From: Mobula hypostoma
Lineage: Eukaryota
Length of the DNA stretch: 64,000 nt
Direction: 5' to 3'
NCBI RefSeq assembly: GCF_963921235.1
Contig: NC_086097.1
Location: 232,750,001-232,814,000 of the forward strand
The first letter of the stretch is position 1; the number at the start of each line of letters is the position of its first letter. The notes beneath the pieces are model-generated. The model was not told where the DNA came from and did no database searches. It saw only the letters and a program-made list of their open reading frames with translations. Below are positions 51,109 through 62,914 of this stretch, piece by piece. A program made the translations under genes and the position numbers.

Positions 51109-52120
51109 TTTCCCTTCCAATCACACGGCTTCATGTATCACTGATGCCTGAAGTCATGTACTTCACTCCAGTTCACCATGAGTGATTATAGATCAGTACC
51201 AATAAACTGGCATTCCCCTTTTCTCTCTGTGAAAAGCTCCAGTATGCTGTCACCGTAACTGGAAAAGAGATTTTTATGATAGATTCCCAAAAATTTGGTA
51301 AATGTTGTGTGTGCCAAGAAATAATTCAGGGTCATTGCCCAAGCAAGGCTAGTAAAGGAAGTTCATGCTTCCACTTTCTTTTTCACTATTTCCATGCGAA
51401 CAATTTGGTCCAGCCAATATTTGCTACTCAAAATAGTAGGGATTATTTCTCTATGCAGTCCCTGCTCACATGTGCAACTTGTGATGATTGTGATCATGTT
51501 TCAGTTCCTAGTGCACATGTTACTCAAGTTCTAAGCTTTAAGATTATCTTTATTGGCCACATATATATCAAAGCATCGAAATATACAGCAAACTTTGTTG
51601 TTGGCAAAAAAAAAATCAGATCAGTGAAGATGGTGCTGGGGCAGACCACAAGGATTGCGACTTGTCCTGCACCTACATAGCATGCCAACAACTCACTAAC
51701 CCTAACCCATAACTCTTTGAAAGGTGAACCCGTGTAGTCATAGGCAGAACGTTCAAACTTCTTACAGACAGCAGCTAGAATTGAACCCCTTGCTCACGAT
51801 ACTCATTGCATTAAAATAGACACATCTCAAACTGTCCGGCTGAGTGCTTCTTTGCTCTATTATCTGCATATCCTTCCTCATAAACTGCCTACAAGCTGTC
51901 ACTACTTGTGCGCAAACCACCCCATCCTCTGCCTTTTCACTTCGGTTCACAAACCCTGTAAATCTAGTTTAAACCCTCCACAACAGCATTAGCAAACCTC
52001 CCAGTCAGGATTGATTCCCCTCCAGTTCAGGTGCAACCTGTCCCACTCGTATAGGTTGCCCCTTCCCCAGAAAAGTTTCCAATAATCCAAAAACTTGAAA
52101 CCCTGCCCCCTACACCTTCT

Positions 52121-52517
52121 AGTTATATATATATATATTCTTTCTCTCTCTCTTCTTTTTCTCCCTCTGTCCTTCTCACTATTCTCTTTGCCCATCCTCT
52201 GGGCTTCCCCCCTCCCCCTTTCTTTCTCCCTAGACCTCCCGTCCCATGATCCTCTCATATCCCTTTTGCCAAACAACTGTCCAGCTCTTGGCTCCATCCC
52301 TCCGCCTCCTGTCTTCTCCTATCATTTTGGATCTCCCCTCCCCCTCCCACTTTCAAATCTTTTACTAGCTCTTCTTTCAGTTAGTCCTGACGAAGGGTCT
52401 CGGCCTGAAACGTCGACTGTACCTCTTCCTAGAGATGCTGCCTGGCCTGCTGCGTTCACCAGCAACTTTGATGTGTGTTGCTTGAAATTCCAGCATCTGC
52501 AGGTTTCCTTGTGTTTG
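52121..52517 (+). mobile_element. Penelope-like solo pLTR
   Basis: Matches 61415-61780; 13 bp TSD ccctacaccttct (52108-52120, 52518-52530). Confidence 0.9.
52381..52419 (+). ncRNA. Minimal hammerhead ribozyme motif
   Basis: tagtc-CTGACGA-agggtctcggcct-GAAAC-GTC-gactg; predicted cleavage after 52414. Confidence 0.78.
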
Positions 52518-52874
52518 CCCTACACCTTCTCCTCAGCCACTCATTCATCTGTACTATCTTCCTGTTCTGACTTTCACCAGCTCGTGGCACCGGGAGTAAT
52601 CGGGAGATTGCCACCTTTAAGGTCCTGGTCTTCAGCCTCCTTCCTAACTCCCTAAACTTACTGTGATCTACCCCTTTCCTGCCTATGTCATTGGACCCAA
52701 CATGTACCACGACCTCTGGCTGCTCACCCTCCCCTTCAAGAATATTCAGCAACCGCTCAGAGACATCCTGGACTCCAGTACTCAGCAGACAACACATTAT
52801 CCTGGTGTCTCTTTTGCTGCTGCAGAGTCTGTCCTATCAGTCCCCTACTTTCTATAATTGTTTCTGCCTTCTCC

Positions 52875-53230
52875 GAGGATCGTCACTTCGCCACTGTGGA
52901 GAGGCTTGTGAGTTCCTGAAGTCCCAAGAGTGATGCTGTCTGGAGTTCATCCGTCTGGTGCTTAGCTTCCAGCAGGTTCACCCAGAGTGGTAAGGTCAGG
53001 GAAGAGGTTCCAGACACAAAGTGATCCAATCAAGACCTCGACTGTGACAGTGAAGTTGAAGGAAGCCTGCAAGCAGTGAAAGTTCCTGCTCATCTGGCAT
53101 TCAATGCACTGGACCCTGTCAAGGACCACGTGGTGGCCGCCCATGTGTCAGCCTCCGCACATTAAGTAAAGATGTGCACAGGTGTTCTCCATTCGGTGAA
53201 TCTAGCCCGACATCCTGGATTAAGTCCAGT
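52875..53230 (+). mobile_element. Possible RTE/Rex3-type 5'UTR-derived element
   Basis: Recalled similarity to Expander/Rex3 5' ends (cactgtggagaggcttgtg...ccagacacaaag). Confidence 0.35.
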
Positions 53231-53258
53231 GGTGATCAGCAGGTGGCAAAAGGGGGAG

Positions 53259-53475
53259 TGTTAAACTAATTCAAAGAAAGACACAGGGGTCCAAAATGTG
53301 AGTCTAATTTCATGTTTACTTTAAGTGAGGCATGCACTTATCACGTGGTACTGTCATGATGTATGCAATTCATATATTTTTACATATAATAATAATGAAT
53401 TATATAAACAACGAAGAACGCTTAATCACACAACATATATACATGATCATTCAAATATTACTGAAATACACAACA
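53259..53475 (-). mobile_element. Short solo-LTR-like element (Gypsy type)
   Basis: TGTT...AACA termini; taaagtaaa signal on the minus strand; no clear TSD. Confidence 0.5.
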
Positions 53476-54909
53476 GGCTGTTTTTGTGAAATCTGGACTG
53501 GTCTATACAGTTATCTGAGGACTCATTAATAGACAAACCTTAGAAGAATATCATACTCGACTCAAGTGATTGCATTACTATAATTTTTTATATGCCCCTC
53601 TCAACATTGAGTCTTTCTGAGACTCATCTGAGAGCTTGGATGTAGCTCCTGGAGAGTCCTCATTTATATTCTACTGTATATTAATACATAGAACATATTT
53701 CACTTGCAGTTTTAGGATTGTCATATGGTGGCTGCAAGGAAATTTCACAATGCTGTTTGTGCTTGGAAATCCTATACTTACAGAGCAATAGAAAGATTGC
53801 TCAATCTTGTAGCATTTATAAAAGGTTTTGGAGTCACGGAGCACTACAGTACAGAAACAGACGCTGCAGTCCATGTAGACCATACCAACCCACTTTTCTG
53901 CCTAATTCATGTACCCTTTCATTCAAGAACCTATCTTAACTTCTCCTAAATGTAACAATTGAACCTGCATCTACCACTTTCACTGGCAGTTCCACACTTG
54001 CAGCACACTCCGAGTGAAGAAGATCCCCTTACTTATTTCACCTTTCATCCTAACCCTGTGACCTCTAGTGGAAAAAGGCTGCTTGCATTTAGTTTGAGAG
54101 ACATACAACAAAGAAACAGATTGTCCAGCCTACCACATCCACATGGACCACTGGCCACCCGTTTACACTGATCTCATTTTATTCTTCCCCACACATTTCC
54201 ATCTATTTATCCAGTTTCTACCTCTCCTCCCGCAGCTCAAGGGACATCTGGCAGTGGTAAGTTAACTCACCAAACCCCAGAAGTTTGGTTTTGATGAAGT
54301 GGTACCTTACGTTGCTAAATTAGCTTATAATCTGATAAAAGATAAGGTATCTATCTAGTAAACATTGACTGAGTTTCTAGATTCCACCCATTGTTTTCAC
54401 AATTGCTGCACAATGTCCTCACATCTTTAATCAAATAGGAAAGAGAATAATGGTGTGTTTCCATTGTCCTATATTTATTTGATGGTGTATCATGGCATCT
54501 ACACTGGAACGATGCATTACATGCTGACATCAACTCACATGTTTCATTGAAATGAGTAAATTCAGCTTCACAGACTTCTGTTTTCTATAATGTTCAGATG
54601 CACCTTGGAGCTCCCAGCTATCTTGCAATTTTTTTTCAACAAGTGAAAAAATAGTTTGATCAACCACACAGTTTGGAAGGGATCACAAACAATATTGCAT
54701 CATCCAAAGGAATGACTTTACTCTGCTAACTGTCCAGGCTTTGACAAATTTGTCTTTTTACTTCATTGGTGGAGGCAATTGGCATCAACTTCCAAAAACC
54801 AAAGTACGCTGCTTCTTATTGTAATAAAGTATGTGCACTTTACCCAGACTTCTTGTTGTACTACTGCAATGTCTTGAACCTTTCCTCCAAAGTTTTCCAT
54901 GCTAGCATA

Positions 54910-55414
54910 CACTCAGTGCCCACTTTATTAGGTACACCTCTGCACTTGCTTGTTAATGCAATTATCTAATCAGCCAATCATGTGACAGCATTTCAAGTAA
55001 AAGCTTGCAGACATGGTCAGGAGGTTCAGTTGTTGTTCAGCATCGAGAATGGGAAAAAGAAATATGATCTAAGTGACTTTGCCCATAGAATGATTGTTGG
55101 TGCCAGATAAGGTGGTTTGAGTATAGCAGAAAGTCCTGATCTCCTGGAATTTTTGTGTATAGTAGTCACTAGTGATTACAGAGAATGGTGTTGAAAATAA
55201 AAAAAAAGGAAAAAAAAATCCAGTGAGCAGCAATTCTGTGAGTGAAATTACCTTGTTAGTGAGAGATCAGAGGAGCATGGCCAGGCTGGTTGAAGCGGAC
55301 AAGAAAGTGACAGTATCTCAGGTAACCATGCTTTACAACAGTGGAGTGCAGAAGAGCACAACACATGGAACCTTGAAGTGCATGAGCTCCTGAAGACCAG
55401 AAACTTACACTCAG
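54910..55414 (+). mobile_element. Tc1-like non-autonomous element
   Basis: TA plus TIR cactcagtgcccactttattaggtac; decayed paired-like HTH (DLSDF..MIVGAR). Confidence 0.85.
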
Positions 55415-57029
55415 ACTGTATTTTCTTTTACATTCAAGACAATCAACAGATCCTTTTGGCTATAGAAGCAATGATCAACTTCTTGAAAGATTTTATCAAT
55501 ACTGACATGGAAAAGCTTGGACAAATACTTGATTTCATGCGGGAGCCTTACGTATGTGTAGAGACTTTTGTGTGGGTGTTGGTGGTCAGATACTGTTGAA
55601 ATTCTTTAACAATATTCAGTTGAATGTAGGCATGAGAAGGTGCCTAATTTTGTGGATGTCTTTGATTCCAGTAACTCTGGCTCAGGTGTTCTGAGGCTGG
55701 TGATAGACATTACAGTATGACTTAGTGGTCTGTGTTAGGGAGAAGCAGCCATAGTTAAAGTATAAAGTTTAATTCATTGTAGCCATCAATGGGATCAGGA
55801 ACCAGTCTTCCATCAATTATTTCAAAATGTAAACCACAAGCAATAACCAGTTTTGAAATTTAAATTGTGAACAAATACCACTGTCTAAAGATTTCTGGCC
55901 ACTGACTCACAACAGAAGGTCACTCAGGAGATCACCATGAGATATAGTCATAGTCATAGCGATACTTTATTGATCCCAGGGGAAATTGGTTATATTCTCA
56001 GATGCATTGGCCATTTGTAAAACAATAAGGCAATGTTAATTAGACTATATCAGACCAGGCATTAGGCATCTTTGGCTAAGTTATTTTACACCATTGAGAT
56101 AGAGATCATGGCAGGTTTCAAATTATTTTATTATATATAATATAATTTAATGGGACCATTTGTCTACACCCAAAGTACTGAAGTAAACAATGTTGATGTA
56201 ATTGCTGATATTACACTCAAATAACTGTTATAATCTTTGCTTTAATCCATGTTGAATTTTGTGAGATTCTCCAGATATTCCCTAAGACAGATCCCCTTGG
56301 AATACCTGAATGCCTTGCTGAAAAAATAACCTTCTACGTGACATCTCCAGTCTACGTGCTTCTCATTCAACATAAGAAAAGTCTCCACTGATCCATGCTG
56401 TCACATCTGCCTGAGGCTCAATTATTTTCTCAGGCACATCATTTTGTTGTTACCAGTCCTTTCCATCTCAACTTGAATTAGTCGAGGAATGATGGACAAG
56501 GCATTACATTGAGGGGGCCAGATTTGCAATGAAAAGGATTTTCAGAATCACAAACTAGAAATGGTTACTGATACTGCCAAACACACAAATGCCGTAATTG
56601 TTGAGGCTTTCTCATCATCAGCTTTGTGCTCCTCACCATCTCTCTGCTGTCAGACTCAATGCTTCCTTGCTGTTTCTGTCATAAAGCTTCACGGGCTAAA
56701 TTATATAACCAGTACTCCTTTCTGCTTGACTGGAACTGTAATCAGCAAGGCAACCATTTTGACGTGATTTCTCATGCTCACAAGTATTTCACAACTGTGT
56801 CAAGAGCTGGATATGGACCTGGATGTGGAATTGGGTCCAGAAGGGTGGAGCAGTCCATTGGACCTTTTCAGGTCAGAACCTGGCTGGGCAGCAAGGACAG
56901 TGAATCCAAGCTCTATGGATCTATCCCGGGGGTCAGATTTGGCCTGTGGCCACATGTTGTGATCTGGAGCTGCAGGACATTTATTTGGCTCTGAACTGGA
57001 GGTGCAATTTATCTTTCTGGCAGAGCTTA

Positions 57030-57845
57030 GGAGGAATGATGGCACCTAGAGGCGATTCCTTTGCTTGCATCTTCAGAAACAGCTCTATTTTCACCTTTAA
57101 TATCTCTATTTTCCCCTTTCAGGGTTCTTTTGAAGACCCTGACCTGGAGTTACACGTAGGCTTCGGTTCTTTGTGGGAGAGAGACCCGTTCTCAGGGTTC
57201 CATGACCGGCTGCTATTCGACATGCCAAGGGTTTGGCCTGAGAATCTCGATTGTGTTCGGAAGCCTAAGATCTCAGGGCTCAGGAGATGGGCAGATCGAG
57301 GGCTAATGTCTTGGCAGGAGACTCATGTGTCATCGGGGAGGCTGGAAAATCTTTCGCTGTGGGCCTGAAGACCTGAGGTCCTTGCGATCTTCGGACACAG
57401 AGCTCAAAAAAAGTGACAAAATGGTCTTTTAAAATTGTAAACCAGCGGTTTGTTGTTATGTCTCCTGCTCGCTGTGAAAGTGGGGGACACCTCCCTCTCC
57501 CTTGCCAGAGAGAGAGGGAAACTGCTGTTTGTTGAATTTCAGATGAAATGCGAAGCCTTTGGGGTAACTTTGGTCTGTGTGTTTACTATTGCTTAGCACG
57601 TGCTTGGGCTCGGTGACAGTACCGATGCACGTTTTTTTTTGCTGTTCAGGGGAGGGGGGATTGTTGCTCGCTGCCGCTTACGCGCGGGAGGGGGGAGCTG
57701 GGAGGGCACCTTGGGGTTCTCACGTTTAACTATCTTTCATTCTCTGGGGCACTTCTCCGTTTTCGTAGATGTTTTGCGAAGAAAAAGCATTTCAGAATGT
57801 ATATTGTATACATTTCTCTGACGTTAAATTTGACCTTTGAACCTA
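57030..57845 (+). mobile_element. Non-autonomous retroposon with (CTTTGA)n-like tail
   Basis: GC-rich non-coding body; segment 57375-57580 is homologous to 2797-3007 (-). Confidence 0.65.
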
Positions 57846-58319
57846 CATCAGGTTTAATACAAATATGCACATTGTACGCTATCCTGCAAGTGTCGCTGTC
57901 TCTGAACATATTGTTATTCCTGTTGAACAATATGCCAATGAGGGAACTTTGAAACACCTACGCTGAAAGCATTCTTCCAGTCGAGCGTGAGTTGCCTCAT
58001 TGCTTTCTTTGCTAATAATGTTGGCCTGTTTTTGGATTTTGCTACTATGATGGGTAGCTGTACTTGCTATTTGTTGTGCTGCGCTGTGCACTCTCCTTGT
58101 CACAATATCTGTAAAACCTCAATAAGGTGGGTTTTCCTTTTGATCCCAATGAACTGTCATGGCCCAAAATGTTGCCATTTCATTCTCCTCCCTAGATGTT
58201 GCCTGACTTCCTGAGTTCCTCCAGCACTTTGTGTGTCTGTTTCTCATTTTGGTGCTTTCTGTCAATCAATGGTATCTGGCTGAACTTGACTTATTACCAT
58301 GAAGTCTACTGCCATATAA

Positions 58320-58647
58320 TTTGAATTTGAATTTGAATTGACTTTATTTCTTACATCCTTCACAGACATGAGGAGTAAAAATCTTTACGTTACGTCTCCA
58401 TCTAAATGTGCAATGTGCAATCGTAGCAGTTTATAATAAACAGAACAGTCAATGTAATATAAGTACACTCACAGCATGAGTTCATCAGTCTGATGGTCTG
58501 CTGGAAGAAGCTGTCCCGGAGCCTGTTGGTTCTGGCTTTTATGCTGCGGTACCGCTTCCCAGATGGTAGCAGCTGGAATAGATTGTGGTTGGGATGGCTT
58601 GGGTCCCCAATGATCCTACGGGCCCTTTTTACACACGTCCTTGTAGA
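58320..58647 (-). mobile_element. Rex1-type LINE 3' end
   Basis: (ATTCAA)n tail; LPSGKRYRSIKARTNRLRDSFF on the minus strand; same tail at 22325-22518. Confidence 0.8.
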
Positions 58648-60422
58648 TGTCGTGAGTCATGGGAAGGTTATTCACTTGTTGTAAATTCTCATCTACGCAA
58701 AAGTCTTTCTGTTTGAGCCTCAGAAGTTGTAAAACCTCAGTTTCTTATTGTCTGAACAAACTGCTAAACTACAATGTATTTTTTTCCTCACTGTCATTTC
58801 AAATTGGCACTAAAGTTGGTTTTGTTGTTTGGCTTCGCCTTGGATCAACAGACTGTTGACATGTGACCTTTTTAGACAACTGATGTACTTGGTTGAACTA
58901 AGCTGAATACACTGTGGATGAATGACAATCATTGAAGCAATGTTAACAGATTGAGTTGGATTCACTAATATACTCGCAGCATATCTCTGATGTCTTGGAC
59001 TACGTTGCAGCAGCTTGACTGTGTATTACTGTTTTGTTAGTTGCTTGTGGTAAAACAAGTTTGTCAGATTTTTTAGATGCTATAACACAAGTTTATATGC
59101 AAGTTTCAATTTTAAATGAATGTGTTCAAAAATCACACCTCTATCACGGTAGGTTAGGATCAGCAAAGTGACAATCCTGTTATTTTCCTTCCCCTTGCTT
59201 CTTGCAAAATCACTATCTCATCCCAGATTTCGTAACTTCTTTGAAGGGTCTGGTGTGCTGACTGATTTGCGACACATATTGTGGCATGCTGCTTTTTAGT
59301 TGACCCTGTTGCTGTATGTTTTTTTGTCCTTTATCAGCTTGCAGAATGCAGAAGGTCACTGCAATGAGTTGCAGGAATGAAGATGTCAGTAATCATTAAT
59401 ATATGACTACTGCCAGCCGTTATCAATACTCCTCAGAGTTTGTCTGCTTGGCGCCGCATAACCAGGACTTATGATATGTGGCAGCTGCTCATATGACCAT
59501 CCAGCACCTGCTCCCATGGCTTCACATGACCCTGATCGGGGGTGGGATGGGGGAGGGGGGGCTGAGAGTGACCTGCAGGCTAGTGGAGCGAAGGAGCACC
59601 TTACACCTCCTTTGCTAGAGACGTATCTCCACCCTGCCATTGAAGTCTTGTCAATCTCCATTCCAATTTAGCAGTTCCATCCTTTCAGACATAACATGTA
59701 GCTTATACAGCTGTATGCAATTCCTAAAGGCAGAAGCATGGAGCATATTGCAATGAAACATGGCAAACAAATTCACATGTCTGCTTCACAATGCAACACA
59801 GGGCTCCAAAGTAACAAAGATGCAGCAATAAAAAGATTGATTTTCCAAAACCTTCAGTGGCCTCTGGTAAGTTCTGTACCAGCCATAAACTCTGATTGTA
59901 CACTCAGTGGCCAGTTTATTAGGTACACCTGAACAGCTGCTCTTTAATACAAATATTTATTCAGCCAATCATTTAGCAGCAACTCAATGCATAAAAGCAT
60001 ATAGACATGGTCCAGAAGCTCATCTGTGTTCAGATGAAACATCAAAATGGGGATCAAAGTGACTTCAAAATGACTTTGACTGTGGAATTTTTGTTCATGA
60101 CAGAATGACAGAATGGGTGGTTTGAGTATCTCAGAAACTGCTGATCTCTTAGGATTTTCATGCACAACAGTCTCAAGAGTTTACGGTGTGAAAAACAAAC
60201 AGAAAGTCATCCAGGGTGTAGCAGCTCTGTGTGTGAAAAAGCCTTGTTGATGAGTGAGGTCAGAGGAGGATGGATGGCCAGATTGGTTCACTCTGACAGG
60301 AAAATGACAGTAATTGAAATAACTACGTGTTACAACAGTGGTATGCAGAAGAGCATCTCTGAGTGTACAGCATGTCAAACCCCGAAGTGGATAGGCTGCA
60401 GCAACAGTAGACCACACCCGTT

Positions 60423-61781
60423 AACATGAGGAAATCTGCAGATGCTGGAAATTCAAGCCACACACATCAAAGTTGCTGGTGAACGCAGCAGGCCAGGCAG
60501 CATCTCTAGGAGGAGGTACTGTCGACGTTTCAGGCCGAGACAGTTCGTCAGGACTAACTGAAGGAAGAGCTAGTAAGAGATTTGAAAGCGGGAGGGGGAG
60601 GGGGAGATCCAAAATGATAGGAGAAGACAGGAGGGGGAGGGATGGAGCCAAGAGCTGGACAGGTGACTGGCAAAGGGGATATGAGAGGATCATGGGACAG
60701 GAGGCCTAGGGAGAAAGAAAAGGGGGAGGGGGGAAGCCCAGAGGATGGGCAAGGGGTATAGTGAGAGGGACAGAGGGAGAAAACGGAGAGAGAGAATAAA
60801 GAATGTGTGTATATAAATAAATAACAGATGGGGTACGAGGGGGAGGTGGGGCATTAGCGGAAGTTTGAGGAGTCAATCCCTCCCCCCCCCCCGCTTTCCG
60901 CAGGGATTGCTCCCTACGAGACTCCCTTGTCCAGTCATCCCCCCATCCCTCCCCACTGATCTCCCTCCTGGCACTTATCCTTGGAAGTGGAACAAGTGCT
61001 ACACATGCCCTTACACTTTCTCCCTTACCACCATTTAGGGCCCTAGACAGTCCTTCCAGGTGAGGCGACACTTCACCTATGAGTTGGCTGGGGTGATATA
61101 CTGTGTCCGGTGCTCCCGATGTGGCCTTCTATATATTGGCGAGACCCGACGCAGACTGGGAGATCATTTCGCTGAACACCTACGCTCTGTCCGCCAGAGA
61201 AAGCAGGATCTCCCAGTGGCCACACATGTTAATTCCACGTCCCATTCCCATTCTGATATGTCTATCCACGGCCTCCTTTACTGTAAAGATGAAGCCACAC
61301 TCAGGTTGGAGGAACAACACCTTATATTCCATCTGGGTAGCCTCCAACTTGATGGCATGAACATTGACTTCTCAAACTTCCACTAATGCCCCACCTCCCC
61401 CTCGTACCCCATCTGTTATTTATTTATATACACACATTCTTTTTCTCTCTCTCCTTTTTCTCCCTGTGTCCCTCTCACTATTTCCCTGGCCCATCCTCTG
61501 GGTTTTCCCCCCCCTCCCCCTTTTCTTTCTCCCTGGGTCTCCTGTCCCATGATCCTCTCATATCCCTTTTGCCAATCACCTGTCCAGCTCTTGGCTCCAT
61601 CCCTCCCCCTCCTGTCTTCTCCTATCATTTTGGATCTCCCCCTCCCCCTCCCACTTTCAAATCTCTTACTAGCTCTTCTTTCAGTCAATCCTGACGAAGG
61701 GTCTTGGCCCGAAACGTCAACTGTACCTCTTCCTAGAGATGCTGCCTGGCCTGCTGCGTATACCAGCAACTTTGATGTGCG
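60423..61781 (+). mobile_element. Penelope-like element, 5'-truncated, with inverted pLTRs
   Basis: ~415 bp inverted repeats 60463-60877/61363-61779; 14 bp TSD agaccacacccgtt (60409-60422, 61782-61795). Confidence 0.93.
61060..61386 (+). CDS. GIY-YIG endonuclease domain of the Penelope-like element (fragment)
   Basis: VIYCVRCSRCGLLYIGET...EH...VATH..LEEQ...GMN. Confidence 0.88.
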   Translation: MRRHFTYELAGVIYCVRCSRCGLLYIGETRRRLGDHFAEHLRSVRQRKQDLPVATHVNSTSHSHSDMSIHGLLYCKDEATLRLEEQHLIFHLGSLQLDGMNIDFSNFH

Positions 61782-62914
61782 AGACCACACCCGTTCCCTG
61801 CTCCAGTACCTAATAAAGTGGCCACTGAGTATATATGCAAGTCATAGTAATGTAAATTGATATATTCTGAGCAATTTCTACAGATGACGTTCCCAACAGT
61901 CAATACTGCTGATTATTTTAAAAACAAATAGATTCATGATGTACATGCCTTTAAACAATGTAAAACCTGTAAGCCTTTGAATTAAAGCAGAATTGACTCT
62001 AACATCACAAATTTGATCCTGAAAGATGTCGACAAAATTATGAAAATATAATTTGATTTATGCAGTGCCTGTGGGAAAGATGAGATGCTTTAGGGTTCAA
62101 AGTAAAATCTATTTGACTGGAGTCAAGCAGCCGAGTATTTGCTGCATGCCGCTGGCTATGAATAATAGGTCAAGTAATGAGAAGGAGGCAGAAGACTAAA
62201 TTTAAAATGTGAATACTGTGGAGATTTTGTTTGTTCCTTTAATGAATAATGAAAAATACAGCAAAGGGCAGGGGTATTTAGGAATCACTGAAATATGCAT
62301 AGCAGTTCTTTCTTGTTTTGTGTTCAATGAGAAAGGAAGTGATAGTGGATGTAGTTCTGGGCGTGAAACATAACTCAATAGAGAGTGCTTGCGAAAACTG
62401 ATTAGAACTTCAACAGCACACAAAATTCTCGAGGAACTCAGCAGGTCAGGGCTTGAGGGCCTGGGTTATAGGAAAAGGTTATAGGAAAGGTCACTAGAGT
62501 GTAGGAGAATGAGGGGAGATTTTATAGAGCTATACCAAGTTATGAGGGAGTATAAATAGCAGGTTTTTTCCACTAGAGGTTGGGTAAGACTAGAAGTCAT
62601 GCATTAAATGTGAAAGGTGAAATGTTCAAGGGGAACATGAGGGGGAACTTCTTCACTCAGAGGCTGGTGAGAGTGTGGAATGAGCCGTTGGTGAAACCGG
62701 TGGAGGCGGGTTCGATTGCAACAGTTAAGAGAAGTTTGGATGGGTCCATGGATGGGAGGGACATCGAGGGCTATGGTCCAGGGTGCATTTACAGAATCTC
62801 TTGTGTTTATCAGTATCAGAATCAGGTTTAATATCACTGGCATAATAAAATACATTATTATGAGGCAGCAGTACATTGCAATACCTAATAGAAACTGTGA
62901 ATTACAGTATATTT

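Larger units (their letters stand above)
51790..52840 (-). mobile_element. CR1 ORF1 (SGNH esterase) / ORF2 start fragment
   Basis: VQDVSERL.NILEGEGEQPEVVVHVGSNDIG; DRLHLNWRG; LRCVYFNA. Confidence 0.85.
59901..61831 (+). mobile_element. Tc1-like deletion derivative with both TIRs, host of a Penelope-like element
   Basis: TA-cactcagtggccagtttattaggtac ... gtacctaataaagtggccactgagt-a-TA. Confidence 0.9.

Noticed and set aside
53248..53262. Polypurine tract before TG as evidence of a full LTR retrotransposon
   Set aside because: The LTR appears to be minus-oriented and no gag/pol lies adjacent
55439..55551. Plus-strand exon candidate DNQQILLAIEAMINFLKDF...
   Set aside because: Isolated, weak aag acceptor next to a Tc1 remnant; no partner exons; may be the antisense shadow of the minus-strand frame
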